A DNA stretch of 64,000 nucleotides from an uncultured virus (IMG/VR IMGVR_UViG_3300028840_004242). Its lineage: Duplodnaviria; Heunggongvirae; Uroviricota; Caudoviricetes. Below the pieces are notes generated by a model. It saw only the letters and a program-made list of their open reading frames with translations, was not told the DNA's origin and searched no databases. Position 1 is the stretch's first letter. Each line of letters begins with the position of its first letter. Shown piece by piece: positions 1 through 9,500 of the stretch. A program made the position numbers and the translations under genes. The stretch spans positions 1 to 64,000 of IMG/VR virus record IMGVR_UViG_3300028840_004242. The stretch is one strand, 5' to 3'.

Positions 1-122
1 CTGTTGCAACCCTTATACTTGGTAATTGCGTTCTGTACACAGGATGTCTTACCAACTTGGATGCCGCTGCTATTGCCGACATTAGCTCTGCTACTTTCGG
101 CCAATACACATACATCCGTTAA
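1..122 (+). CDS. 3' end of probable head decoration protein (partial)
   Basis: Frame 3 is open from the window start (VATLILGNCVLYTGCLTNLDAAAIADISSATFGQYTYIR*). It lies directly upstream of the capsid gene and its GGAGGTG RBS. Confidence 0.55.
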   Translation, partial: VATLILGNCVLYTGCLTNLDAAAIADISSATFGQYTYIR

Positions 123-149
123 TTCCACGATGGAAGGAGGTGAAACCAT

Positions 150-1478
150 ATGCCACGTGGTCAAAGTGATATACCGGAATTGAGACTGTCGGTTCTCCAG
201 AATTACATGGAGATATTTGTTACACCGCCAGAATTGATTCTAATGAACATTTTTGGATCCAGCCAGTCCCCATCAAGTAGCATCGAGTGGGAAAGCCACA
301 GAGGTGGAAGGGGTATGACCCCATTCGTTCCGCCTGGTGCTCCGGCGCCCCAGACCGCTCCTCACGGGATAAGCCAGCACAGAGCCGAGGCTGCATACTG
401 GAAAGAGAAAATGCCTTTTGATGAAGAGTTCCTAAATAATCTTCGTCAACCTGGCACCGAATCCCAACGTATGACAGCTCAGCAGAAACTGGCGAGGGAA
501 TTGGCTAACCTTAAAAACAGGAGCAATAGACGAAAGGAATGGATGTTTGCCCAGATGCTGTTCAATAATGGCTTCTCCTATGATGTACAGGGAGGCTATA
601 AGGTCAGCATTGATTATGGTATTCCTACTGCAAACCGGGTTGCACTTACCTCATCTTACTACTGGGGATCAGGTGCAAGTCGAAATGTGATAGGCGACAT
701 CCAGGACGGTAAGCAGCGAATTGCTGATGAGTGTGGCGGTAAAGTAGACATCGCTATTTTTAACTCCAGCACCTTGAAACTGCTTGCTAATGACACCAAC
801 ATCACTAACTTGTTGAAGCGAGACGCCTTCGGCACTGGCGAGCTTTATGGTAATATCGCCAGAAATGTGCATGAAATTGTGGGTGTCAACCCCCAGATCC
901 TGGGTTCCTTACTGGATATTCCTCGGTTTGTCGTTTACGATGAACAATATGAGATCAAAGCCTGGTTGACTGCTGCCGTAACAGGCGGAAGCACGACTTG
1001 GATATCAGTAGATGCCAATGAGGATTTTGTAGTTGGCGGAACGCTGAGAATTCATGATCGTAGTGCTGGCACTTGGGAGGAAAGGTACATCCTTTCAGTA
1101 GACGCCGAGGCTGGCACCGTTCAGATAGAATATCCATTTACCAATTCGTACAAAGCGATGGAAGACTATGTAACGATGGCACAGAAATTCGTACCGGACT
1201 ACAAGTTCGTTATGATGTCTACCAGAGTCGATGGTCAGAATATTGCTGAGTACAAAGAAGCACCTTTCGGAGTAGCTCGCCATTATGGTCAATACACGGA
1301 TACCAATACGGATTGGGATCCTGAAGTAACGTGGATTAGGGTGCAGGATAAAGGCTTGCCCGTTCTCTATCAGAGAGATGCGGTTTACGTTTTAACCGTT
1401 GCACAGGCAGCTGGCTTAGCAGCCACCTCAACCACCACGACTACATCATCCTCCACCACAACCACTACAACTGCTTAA
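150..1478 (+). CDS. Major capsid protein (lambda gpE-like, HK97 fold) with C-terminal poly-Thr tail
   Basis: GGAGGTG RBS. gpE-family-like segments (IEWESHRGGRGMTPFVPPG, RRKEWMFAQML, IDYGIP, WDPEVTWIRVQDKGLPV). Ends TSTTTTTSSSTTTTTTA. Confidence 0.85.
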   Translation: MPRGQSDIPELRLSVLQNYMEIFVTPPELILMNIFGSSQSPSSSIEWESHRGGRGMTPFVPPGAPAPQTAPHGISQHRAEAAYWKEKMPFDEEFLNNLRQPGTESQRMTAQQKLARELANLKNRSNRRKEWMFAQMLFNNGFSYDVQGGYKVSIDYGIPTANRVALTSSYYWGSGASRNVIGDIQDGKQRIADECGGKVDIAIFNSSTLKLLANDTNITNLLKRDAFGTGELYGNIARNVHEIVGVNPQILGSLLDIPRFVVYDEQYEIKAWLTAAVTGGSTTWISVDANEDFVVGGTLRIHDRSAGTWEERYILSVDAEAGTVQIEYPFTNSYKAMEDYVTMAQKFVPDYKFVMMSTRVDGQNIAEYKEAPFGVARHYGQYTDTNTDWDPEVTWIRVQDKGLPVLYQRDAVYVLTVAQAAGLAATSTTTTTSSSTTTTTTA

Positions 1479-1483
1479 TAGCA

Positions 1484-1702
1484 GTGGTTGAAATTAAGGA
1501 GGCAATCGATATGGATATCGAAAAAGTAATAATATTGAGTACTCTAAAGAGTGGTAAAAAGATATGGGAGGAGGGGACGGTTTTAGTGCCGCCCCTCCCT
1601 CCTGACATACAAGAAGAGGTAGACCTTGGTGTTAAAACTATAAAGGTTATTTATCATAGGAAGTCAAGAAGGCTTCCTTCTCAGGTGAAACAAGATGACT
1701 GA
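1484..1702 (+). CDS. Small hypothetical protein downstream of capsid
   Basis: ORF packed between the capsid and head-tail genes; AAGGAGG RBS precedes the ATG at 1511. Confidence 0.55.
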   Translation: MVEIKEAIDMDIEKVIILSTLKSGKKIWEEGTVLVPPLPPDIQEEVDLGVKTIKVIYHRKSRRLPSQVKQDD

Positions 1703-2150
1703 AGAAGAATTAATCGATCAGCTAACAGAGGAAGTTAAAAATCTAGATACTTATCTGGAGAGGGATGATTACGTAAATGGATTGGGAGATGCCCAGGCTG
1801 AAACTGGATGGACATTACCTTTAGATGACACCCTCAAGCTGTTATGGATTAAGAAAAGAGCCAAACGTCATATCTTCTTTTACCTTTACTCCGAATCTGC
1901 TCATAAATTCAAATATAAGCAAATAAACCTTCAGCAAAGGTGGGAACATTATAAAGAAATAATCAGTACGATGGATGAGGAATTCGTAGCGTTTCAAGAA
2001 GATAGACCTGATCTTTTTGGTGCTGTGGATCCATTTCATGCTTTTGGTACTAAGATCGATGCTGGATTTGCTTATGAAGGTCAGACAGGAGAGGACATAA
2101 CTTATAGTGATGTAGCTGAAGTTGATTTTACTCCTAAAGAGAATGACTAA
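1695..2150 (+). CDS. Probable head-tail adaptor/connector
   Basis: Position and size after the capsid gene; helical acidic protein; overlapping start/stop coupling. Confidence 0.55.
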   Translation: MTEEELIDQLTEEVKNLDTYLERDDYVNGLGDAQAETGWTLPLDDTLKLLWIKKRAKRHIFFYLYSESAHKFKYKQINLQQRWEHYKEIISTMDEEFVAFQEDRPDLFGAVDPFHAFGTKIDAGFAYEGQTGEDITYSDVAEVDFTPKEND

Positions 2151-2815
2151 TGACCATTGGACCTGATATTAAAGAAGCTATTGTTGAGGTCGGAACTAAA
2201 TATAACATATTAAGGGACAGTGGGAATGTTCTTGGAGAATATCTTGACTACGAAACTAATGCTCAGGTCACAAAACCCTTCATTCGAGAGTTCTTTCTCG
2301 AAGCTACCCTAGTATATGATACTTCAGCGTTAGCTGGAGATGTCATTCAATTTACCACCACATCAGAGAAATACTTCATAATGAATTTAACGCCAGAGAT
2401 GTTTGAGAATACAGTTATCTCATATCAAGGCGTATTATATAAAACCAATGAAACCATGACGGTGTACAGACCAAGTGAGTCAAGGGACAGTCAAACCCTT
2501 TTGATGAAAACTACTTGGACACCCGTTGAAACCAACAAACCTATACTGATCACGGCTCCTTTATTTGGTATAGACTTAGATACAGACGAGCAACTTGGAT
2601 TGATTGGGTTACAGGTGCATGAGGCATTTGTTCCATCCAGTTATGATATCCAAGTTTTAGATCGCCTGCTGTTAAGCTCTGGAGAGTACTATAGGGTAGA
2701 GGCGATAAAAAAGAGAAGATTTGAAGGCATGGACGTATTGGAAGTGGGAACTGACACTAGACCTACTACCACTACCACCACAACTTACACCACTACTACT
2801 ACGACTACTGCCTAA
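2150..2815 (+). CDS. Probable head-closure protein with C-terminal poly-Thr tail
   Basis: Synteny; beta-rich segment (DIQVLDRLLLSSGEYYRVEAI) typical of head-closure proteins. Ends PTTTTTTTYTTTTTTTA. Confidence 0.55.
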   Translation: MTIGPDIKEAIVEVGTKYNILRDSGNVLGEYLDYETNAQVTKPFIREFFLEATLVYDTSALAGDVIQFTTTSEKYFIMNLTPEMFENTVISYQGVLYKTNETMTVYRPSESRDSQTLLMKTTWTPVETNKPILITAPLFGIDLDTDEQLGLIGLQVHEAFVPSSYDIQVLDRLLLSSGEYYRVEAIKKRRFEGMDVLEVGTDTRPTTTTTTTYTTTTTTTA

Positions 2816-2858
2816 TGAGTTCAATGCTTGAGTTCTTTTATCTTTAGCATAGGAGATT

Positions 2859-3047
2859 ATGCTAATGTCCAAGCCAGGTTGTTTATGTCCTTATTGCGGA
2901 ACAGAAGTTATTATAATCAGCAGTAAAGAGGACGACCGTTTCAAGGTAGTTTGTCCTAAGTGTTTTAAGCCTTTTTATGTAGTGAATAGTAAGACCGGAT
3001 TACCAGAAGGAGATCAGTATGAGGTGGATCCGAGGCATATACTATGA
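2859..3047 (+). CDS. Small zinc-ribbon protein
   Basis: CPYC and CPKC motifs; AGGAG RBS. Confidence 0.55.
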   Translation: MLMSKPGCLCPYCGTEVIIISSKEDDRFKVVCPKCFKPFYVVNSKTGLPEGDQYEVDPRHIL

Positions 3048-3307
3048 ATTTGTTTATCAGCGATGAGGATTTAATCAGAGTAGATATTTTTGTTAAGCGA
3101 TGTGGCGGAAATTGTGAACCTGGAAGATTACTGCATAGACTTTACTCGGCTTATTTAATGATGAGGGAAGCCCTAAAAAAAGCCGATTATGAAGCGTATC
3201 AAAGGATAATTGAAAATGGTGAGAATGTCGTGGGATTTGAACAGCTACCGTCGGTATCTGGGTGCCTTGATAAAGATAAGAAGGAAGGCACAGATAGAGC
3301 AGAATGA
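3044..3307 (+). CDS. Hypothetical protein
   Basis: ATGA overlap with the upstream ORF. Confidence 0.4.
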   Translation: MNLFISDEDLIRVDIFVKRCGGNCEPGRLLHRLYSAYLMMREALKKADYEAYQRIIENGENVVGFEQLPSVSGCLDKDKKEGTDRAE

Positions 3308-3731
3308 CCTTCCCATGCGTTCGGCACTGGACTATGTTTATCGTGTAAGTAGTAATATCAGTATTCAAAAGTTTGCAGGACAGTGGTCACCTCTTAACCA
3401 GCGTTATAGGGAATGGAAGTTGTTTGCTTTTGGTGAAAGTAGATGGTGGATAATGAGCGGAGCCTTACAAAGGTCTCTTACAATTTTTAAACTAAGTGGA
3501 GGATGGTTTGGAGGAGTTCCTGCACATGCTATGGCACCTGGTACTTCTTGGTTTGGAACGGATCCTGGTCCACCTGTTAGCATAGCTGAGTATGGGTATT
3601 GGGCTGAATATGGTAGAAGGGGGCAGGCTGCTAGGCCTCTTTTTAATCCTACCCTTGAAGAGTTTATAGAAGAAGGATGGCCTAAGCAAGCTACTCAATC
3701 AATGTCTAAATTAATGGGAGCATGGCGATGA
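3210..3731 (+). CDS. Probable neck/tail-completion protein (HK97 gp10-like)
   Basis: WSPLNQRY, SGALQRSL and YGYWAEYGRRGQAARPLFNPTL resemble virion morphogenesis family motifs. Confidence 0.6.
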   Translation: MKMVRMSWDLNSYRRYLGALIKIRRKAQIEQNDLPMRSALDYVYRVSSNISIQKFAGQWSPLNQRYREWKLFAFGESRWWIMSGALQRSLTIFKLSGGWFGGVPAHAMAPGTSWFGTDPGPPVSIAEYGYWAEYGRRGQAARPLFNPTLEEFIEEGWPKQATQSMSKLMGAWR

Positions 3732-4048
3732 AATGGTTAAAAGGTAATGTCGAATCAATTTTAACCGTTCTGGCAATAATTGGAATGGTAGTAGGAGGAC
3801 TGTCCTACTTTGCTAAGAGTGAAGATCTTAATCTTGTTGACCTTAGGCTAGAACAGAAGATAGTAGGAGATGCAATATATCAAATATCTATGCAGATGGG
3901 TCAATTGGAAGATAAACATGGAAATGATAATTGTTCTAGATGGAATGATGCCAGAGATCGTGAACGTTATCGTAAATTAAGATTACAATTGGAATCCCTT
4001 AAGAAAAAGCAAGATGCAATCATCAATGAACAAACAAGGAGTAGATGA
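3722..4048 (+). CDS. Membrane protein with one N-terminal TM helix and a coiled coil
   Basis: Hydrophobic ILTVLAIIGMVVGGLSYF followed by a heptad-rich tail. Confidence 0.55.
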   Translation: MAMKWLKGNVESILTVLAIIGMVVGGLSYFAKSEDLNLVDLRLEQKIVGDAIYQISMQMGQLEDKHGNDNCSRWNDARDRERYRKLRLQLESLKKKQDAIINEQTRSR

Positions 4049-4257
4049 TGAAGATAGTGGATGCTTATCCAAAGGATGTTCATGTTCAAATTGAAATGCC
4101 ATTAAAAGAACTTAAAATGCTCAAAACGTATATTGAGAACAGTCTTCCTGTTTATGCTCGTGTACATGAAGAGTTTGAGGAAGAGCAGTTCTTGGAGCAC
4201 AACTTCATTCCAGAAGCTAAAAGCGTAATAGAGTACGCGGAAAAGTTTAGCAAATAG
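4045..4257 (+). CDS. Hypothetical protein
   Basis: AGGAG RBS; coupled to the upstream ORF. Confidence 0.5.
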   Translation: MMKIVDAYPKDVHVQIEMPLKELKMLKTYIENSLPVYARVHEEFEEEQFLEHNFIPEAKSVIEYAEKFSK

Positions 4258-4276
4258 CACAGCAAGCAATTTAAGA

Positions 4277-4300
4277 AGTTCGTGCAGAATTCGTTAAATA
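4277..4300 (+). promoter_or_regulatory. Conserved intergenic motif, copy 1 (AGTTCGTGCAGAATTCGTTAAATA)
   Basis: 23/24 identical to 27476-27499 and similar to the minus-strand copy at 48474-48497; all three are intergenic. Confidence 0.6.
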
Positions 4301-4325
4301 AACTGCACTAAATTTAAGAACAGAG

Positions 4326-4802
4326 GTGTATAACAGTATGACTTTAGACGCTACAGCAAGAGAAGCAAATATCAGAGATAGTGTTAAAAAGTTCTTTATA
4401 GACACCTACTCCGTCCCTATGTCTTTTGATAAAGCTCTATCTCAGCCTGACTTGCAAGGGCGTACCGTTCATAAATGGATAAATGTAATTATTCACCTTT
4501 CAGAAGTAGCTCTTTTATCTGACACCTTGGTACATGTGTACTGCTGTACGAGACAGGATAATGAATATTTTAAATTATCCCAGTTAAGGGACACTATTGT
4601 GGAAGGACTTTCGATTGACTCTAGTACCAGTCAATCTGATGCCTTTAAACGAATCACTTTCTATCAGAGTCATCCTACTAATCCATGGACAGAAATAGGG
4701 AAACTGCTAGTTACCGAAGTGTATGAGTCAATACCTATGGAAGGTCCTGATGAAACCAAATATAAAATAATAACAGTACGATTAAGGGCACCGGCAAAGT
4801 GA
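4326..4802 (+). CDS. Probable tail terminator protein
   Basis: Size and position shortly before the tail tube gene; likely ATG start at 4338. Confidence 0.5.
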   Translation: MYNSMTLDATAREANIRDSVKKFFIDTYSVPMSFDKALSQPDLQGRTVHKWINVIIHLSEVALLSDTLVHVYCCTRQDNEYFKLSQLRDTIVEGLSIDSSTSQSDAFKRITFYQSHPTNPWTEIGKLLVTEVYESIPMEGPDETKYKIITVRLRAPAK

Positions 4803-4812
4803 GAACTCTATT

Positions 4813-5103
4813 ATGGCAAAACGATTCTACCACTGCAAGTACTGTGGAAAGCGAATGATAGAAAGACTACCGAATGGATGTTGGAAGTTTGTATTTGGTA
4901 GTGATAAGGAAAATCCAGGAGATCCTCCTGTTGAAATGATAATATTTGGATCGCTTAAGATGAAATGTCTTAGGAGATCTTGCGGTAAGTTTAATACTTT
5001 TTATTTTTGGCCTAAGGTGAGGTTTGCAAGTCAATCAGACGACATTGAGGTTAATCCTATAAATGAGCAGTCTGAAGTTCTGGCAGAAACTCGTAATCAT
5101 TAA
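4813..5103 (+). CDS. Zinc-finger protein (Mu Com-like layout)
   Basis: CKYCGKR...MKCLRRSCGKFN motif pair. Confidence 0.5.
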   Translation: MAKRFYHCKYCGKRMIERLPNGCWKFVFGSDKENPGDPPVEMIIFGSLKMKCLRRSCGKFNTFYFWPKVRFASQSDDIEVNPINEQSEVLAETRNH

Positions 5104-5125
5104 CTTTAACAAGGAGGTATAGACT

Positions 5126-5746
5126 ATGGTTGATCGTTATGGTCCATTGACCAAAGACAGTACCACCATTGCGTTAGGTCTGGCGCAGATCAGGGTAGGC
5201 CCTTCAGCGGCTAATATTCATAATTATAATCCCTGTCTCGGTTCTGCACACAGCCTAGGCGCTATGGCAAACACCTCTTACACAGGTAATCTGGAATTCT
5301 ATAAGCTAGAGTCTGGATATCCTCTGTTAGAGGACGCTACATTCCCGCTGCGGGAATCAGCTATGCTGTCATGTGGTTTTAGGGAAATCACTCCCAAAAA
5401 CATGGCTCTAGCTTATGGCTTGGATCCTGCAGATTATACCAATGCACATAGTGGAGATGTGCCGTTGGGTAACATTTCAACCCCGGTGTTCATTAGAGTG
5501 GAGGCTTTGTATACCTTCCCTGATGGCTCCAACACCATGACCATTGTTTTCCCAAGAGCTCAGGCTATTGCTTCTATTGAGATGGAGTTTGCACCTGAGG
5601 AACCTGCTGCTGTTGCCCTTCAACTCGAGGCTAAGAGAGCAGACAGCGGGATTAGTGGTGGAAATGCGGTATGGGATAGTGCCCCTCTGGGTCACATTAT
5701 CTGGAATACCACAACTTACACCACTACCACTACTACTACAGCTTAA
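5126..5746 (+). CDS. Major tail (tube) protein with C-terminal poly-Thr tail
   Basis: AAGGAGGT RBS; tube-like segments (EITPKNMALAYG, IVFPRAQ); directly upstream of the chaperone and tape measure genes. Ends NTTTYTTTTTTTA. Confidence 0.75.
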   Translation: MVDRYGPLTKDSTTIALGLAQIRVGPSAANIHNYNPCLGSAHSLGAMANTSYTGNLEFYKLESGYPLLEDATFPLRESAMLSCGFREITPKNMALAYGLDPADYTNAHSGDVPLGNISTPVFIRVEALYTFPDGSNTMTIVFPRAQAIASIEMEFAPEEPAAVALQLEAKRADSGISGGNAVWDSAPLGHIIWNTTTYTTTTTTTA

Positions 5747-5778
5747 TAGCTGAAACAACCTTTTAGGAGGGAAATAAA

Positions 5779-6231
5779 ATGCCAGACTCTTCTGATGATA
5801 GAAAACTCAATCCGCAGGTTCGCTCTGTCGAAATAGGCAAGCGAACCCTGCGGAACCTTTCCATCTATCCTCTTTCATTATCTGATCAGCTTAATCTCAC
5901 AGACCTTGTAAATAAAGGATTGAATGCTTTCCTTCAAATGGCACCTGATGAAAATGAAGAAGGAATGATGCAGTTTATAGCCTTTGTGTTAAGTTTAATC
6001 AAAGAAAATATCGAGCGTATTGTTGAGATGATTACTGATGAAGATAAAAGTATATTGGAAGAGATAACGAATGTTCAATTAATGGAAATTGTGGAGATCG
6101 TTTATAAGGAGAACTTTGAAGGCCCTTTGGGAAAGTTGACAAGCCTCTTCCCGGAGGTGAAGAGGCAGGAGCAACTGTCACCCTCGCCGAAACGGTCACC
6201 ACGTGTTGTGAGATCTACGGCTACACCTTAG
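5779..6231 (+). CDS. Tail assembly chaperone (gpG-like)
   Basis: Lies between tail tube and tape measure genes; contains an in-frame G GGA AAG slippery heptamer at 6129-6135. Confidence 0.75.
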   Translation: MPDSSDDRKLNPQVRSVEIGKRTLRNLSIYPLSLSDQLNLTDLVNKGLNAFLQMAPDENEEGMMQFIAFVLSLIKENIERIVEMITDEDKSILEEITNVQLMEIVEIVYKENFEGPLGKLTSLFPEVKRQEQLSPSPKRSPRVVRSTATP

Positions 6232-6518
6232 ACCACTTCTATAAGTTAAGTTATAGGAATGGAGGCCTTACTTTTGGACAGGTTGAGGTTTTATTTGATC
6301 ATTACCAAGACCGTATTTATAAGGAGATGCGCTTTAGGGCTTCTATGGCTGGTGTCAATCTTGACAAAGAGGTGGAGAAGAAAAAGGAAACGGATCTTAC
6401 GACCTTCAAGGATCCTGAATCCTATGAACACATGTCAATAAAGGACAGAAGAAAACTTACAATGGAGATGTTAAAGAGGATTAAACCAAAATTATCAGGT
6501 AGTTTTAAAAATGGCTGA
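6129..6518 (+). CDS. gpGT-like -1 frameshift extension of the tail assembly chaperone
   Basis: The -1 frame has no stop codon from the GGGAAAG site through the 6327..6518 ORF. Confidence 0.75.
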   Translation, partial: GKVDKPLPGGEEAGATVTLAETVTTCCEIYGYTLDHFYKLSYRNGGLTFGQVEVLFDHYQDRIYKEMRFRASMAGVNLDKEVEKKKETDLTTFKDPESYEHMSIKDRRKLTMEMLKRIKPKLSGSFKNG

Positions 6519-9500
6519 CAGAACATTAAATCTAGGTACACTTTTTACGGCTGACATACGCGATTTCCTAAGTAAAACCGCCCGCATTAGAGAAGAATTA
6601 CGCAAGATGGGAGCTGCCTTTGAACAGGGAGCTAGGGGCGGATCCAAGATGGGAAGTGAAACTGCCGCTGGTATTGACAAGGTAGATAAGAGTGTTAAGA
6701 AGAGTGGCAAGACGGTCCAGGAATACAGCAAGCAGATTGCTAAAGTGGAAGGTGCTTGGAAGCGTGTTTTGGCTGCTATGAAGGTAACCGCTTCCTATGG
6801 ATTAGCCGCCTCAGCTATCTTCTCCGTAGTGCAGGCTCTTAAAGCAGGTGTTACGGAAATCATAGATTTTGATCAAGCTCTTAAAAACCTCCAAGCTATC
6901 ACCCGTGCTACCGACAACGAAGTGCTAGGTATGGGTGAAACAATAAAAGATGTGGCACAGAAAACCAAGTTCTCTACTGGTGAAGTAGCAGAGGGAATGG
7001 TATTGTTAGGACAGGCTGGTTTTAGTGCTACAGAGGCAATGCAGTCGATGGAAGCAGTAGCTAACTTGGCTACTGGAACATTATCTGATTTAAAGACTAC
7101 TTCTGATTTACTCACCACCACTATTCGTGCATTTGGATTCCAAACGGTAGAGTCAGCCCGTGTATCTGATGTTATGTCAAATGCTATCAACCGTTCTAAA
7201 CTTACCCTTGACAAACTCCGCATAGCGTTCAACTTTGTAGGTGCCGCGGCAGCACAAACAGGCCTATCGCTGGAAGAGACCGCCGCCGCTATGATGGTTC
7301 TTGCTAATAACGGTCTGAGAGCAAGTACCATTGGTACTGGTTTGAGGCAAGTATTAGCCAGACTTCTTGCACCTAACCGCAATTTAAGAGAGGAATTTGA
7401 AGCACATGGTATTGCTCTAACCAAAGTTAATCCTAAATTAGTAGGATTCCAACAGGCTTTAATGAACCTCAAGCCTATACTGTATGACTCTGAGAGGCAA
7501 GTTGTAGATATGGGCAAGGCTTACAGGTTGTTTGGACTGCGTGGTGCCCAAGCGGCCGCTATCCTTACTCGTGCTTTTGTTACAGGTGACTTTAGTAAGA
7601 TGTTGGAGTATACCTATGAAGTGGGTTCAGCTGCTAGGATGGCTGCAAAACAGATGGAAGGTCTTGGAGTTAAGATTAAGAATTTAGCAGATAGAGCAAA
7701 ATTGATAGCAGTAGCTTTCGGTGAAGGCGGGGCAATAGGAGTTATGAAAGGTTTTATCGATGTGCTCAGAGCCGTTGCAAAAGGTATTGCTGATTTTGTT
7801 AGTTCAGGTCCTGGTAGGCTAACTACAAGTTTTACCGTGTGGACAGGTACTATTTGGTTGTCTATACAGGCTTTGAGAGGTCTGTCTGTGGCTTTTGTAT
7901 TTCTTGGCAGTAAAATAGGTGCTGCCATTACCACTTTAAGATTGTATATTCAATTATTAGTTCAACTTCAAATAGTCTCGGGTCAATCCTTACTGACATT
8001 TAAGGGAATGAAAACTGCTCTTTTAAATGTGGGTGGGATAATAAAAGGATTTAAAGGAGGATGGTTATTACTGGCGGCAGCTATAGGTGCGGTGGTAGCA
8101 GCTATTAAGTTTTGGCTAGGTGCTCAAGAAAGAGCTGTAAATGCGGCCATTAAAACTCAACAAGAGCAGGAGAAAACTGTACAGACTCTTAGGGTGTATG
8201 CTCAGGCACTTTCAGATCTTCAGGCAAGACAGAATGAAGGTAAGGATGTAAGTAAGGAACATGCTGGGTTAGTTGCTCGTTTAAGGAAAGAATATGAATT
8301 ATTGAATGGTGTGTTGTCTGAGTCAGTAGATGCAGTAGGTAGGAATGCGGTGCTTACTCAGAGAGCATATGAGGAAGAACTTAAAAAGAGTATCATTGTA
8401 ACTTCTGATTTGGCTAAAGAGCAAAAAAAGCTATTAGATGAAACTGGAAAATGGGAAGGATTTAAGGAAAGAGTAAAAAGGTTCGGTGGTGTATTTGTAG
8501 GTGTGTTAGCTGATTTTGGTCAATGGATACTCAAGGGAATTAAATGGCTTGCTGATTTTGGAGCCAAAATTATAGATTTAGCTAATATAGTGCTGAGGAA
8601 ACTGAGCCCAGCGTTTGCTTTCTTTTCGGATGTAGGAAAGAAGGGCTTAGAAACCCTTAGTAAATTTTTAGGTTACTTTACGGAAAATCTAGAAGATGCT
8701 GGTAAATCAACCGAAAAGTATAAAAAGCAGAATGAAGAGCTCATTAACACTTATGTTATTATGGCTCAAAAACTCAAAGAAATTACAAAAGGACAGGCCT
8801 CTATAGAAGATATAATAAAGCAGATCGAAGAAATGCAGGGAGTTAAGTTAAGCCCAGAGGCTATATCTGCTATAACTGAAGAACTTAATAAAGTAACCGT
8901 TAAGTTTGAGAAGGAGACTGAGGAATGGGAAAAACAGTTAGGTAAGTTACCTAAATCGTTTCAAGAGATGTTTAGGAGTTTAGATCCCATCCAGAAGGTA
9001 GAGTTCGCTAAGAGACTTAAACAGATGGAAAATGAAATAGCGGCTGCTGAGGATCAGATAAAGATACTTCTTGGTAAAGAAGAGAGTTTCCAGAAGGAAA
9101 GGGCTGCTATTAGAGCTAAATACCTTGCCAAGTTTGCGGAAGATATGGGTAAGGAAACCAAGACTACAGAGGAAAGTTTAAATGACCAGATAAATTTGAT
9201 ACAGGAATTTGTAGAGAAAGAGAATGAGGAATACGAAGGACGATTAGAGGAAAGGGAGAAAACTTATGAGAAGGAATTACTGTTAGCGCAGGGCAATGAG
9301 GAAGAGGTAACCCGTGTAAAGCAAGAAAATCTGGAGAAAAGAACCCAAATAGAGAAAGACCATCAGGATACTATTTTGGGTTATCAATCTGTTATTACAC
9401 AGAAAAGGGGAGAGCTTGAGGCCGAACTTACTGAGAAGATACTAAAGGAAAATGCTAAGGTAACCCAGGGTATAATTAATGAACTGAAGAAAAGACAATC

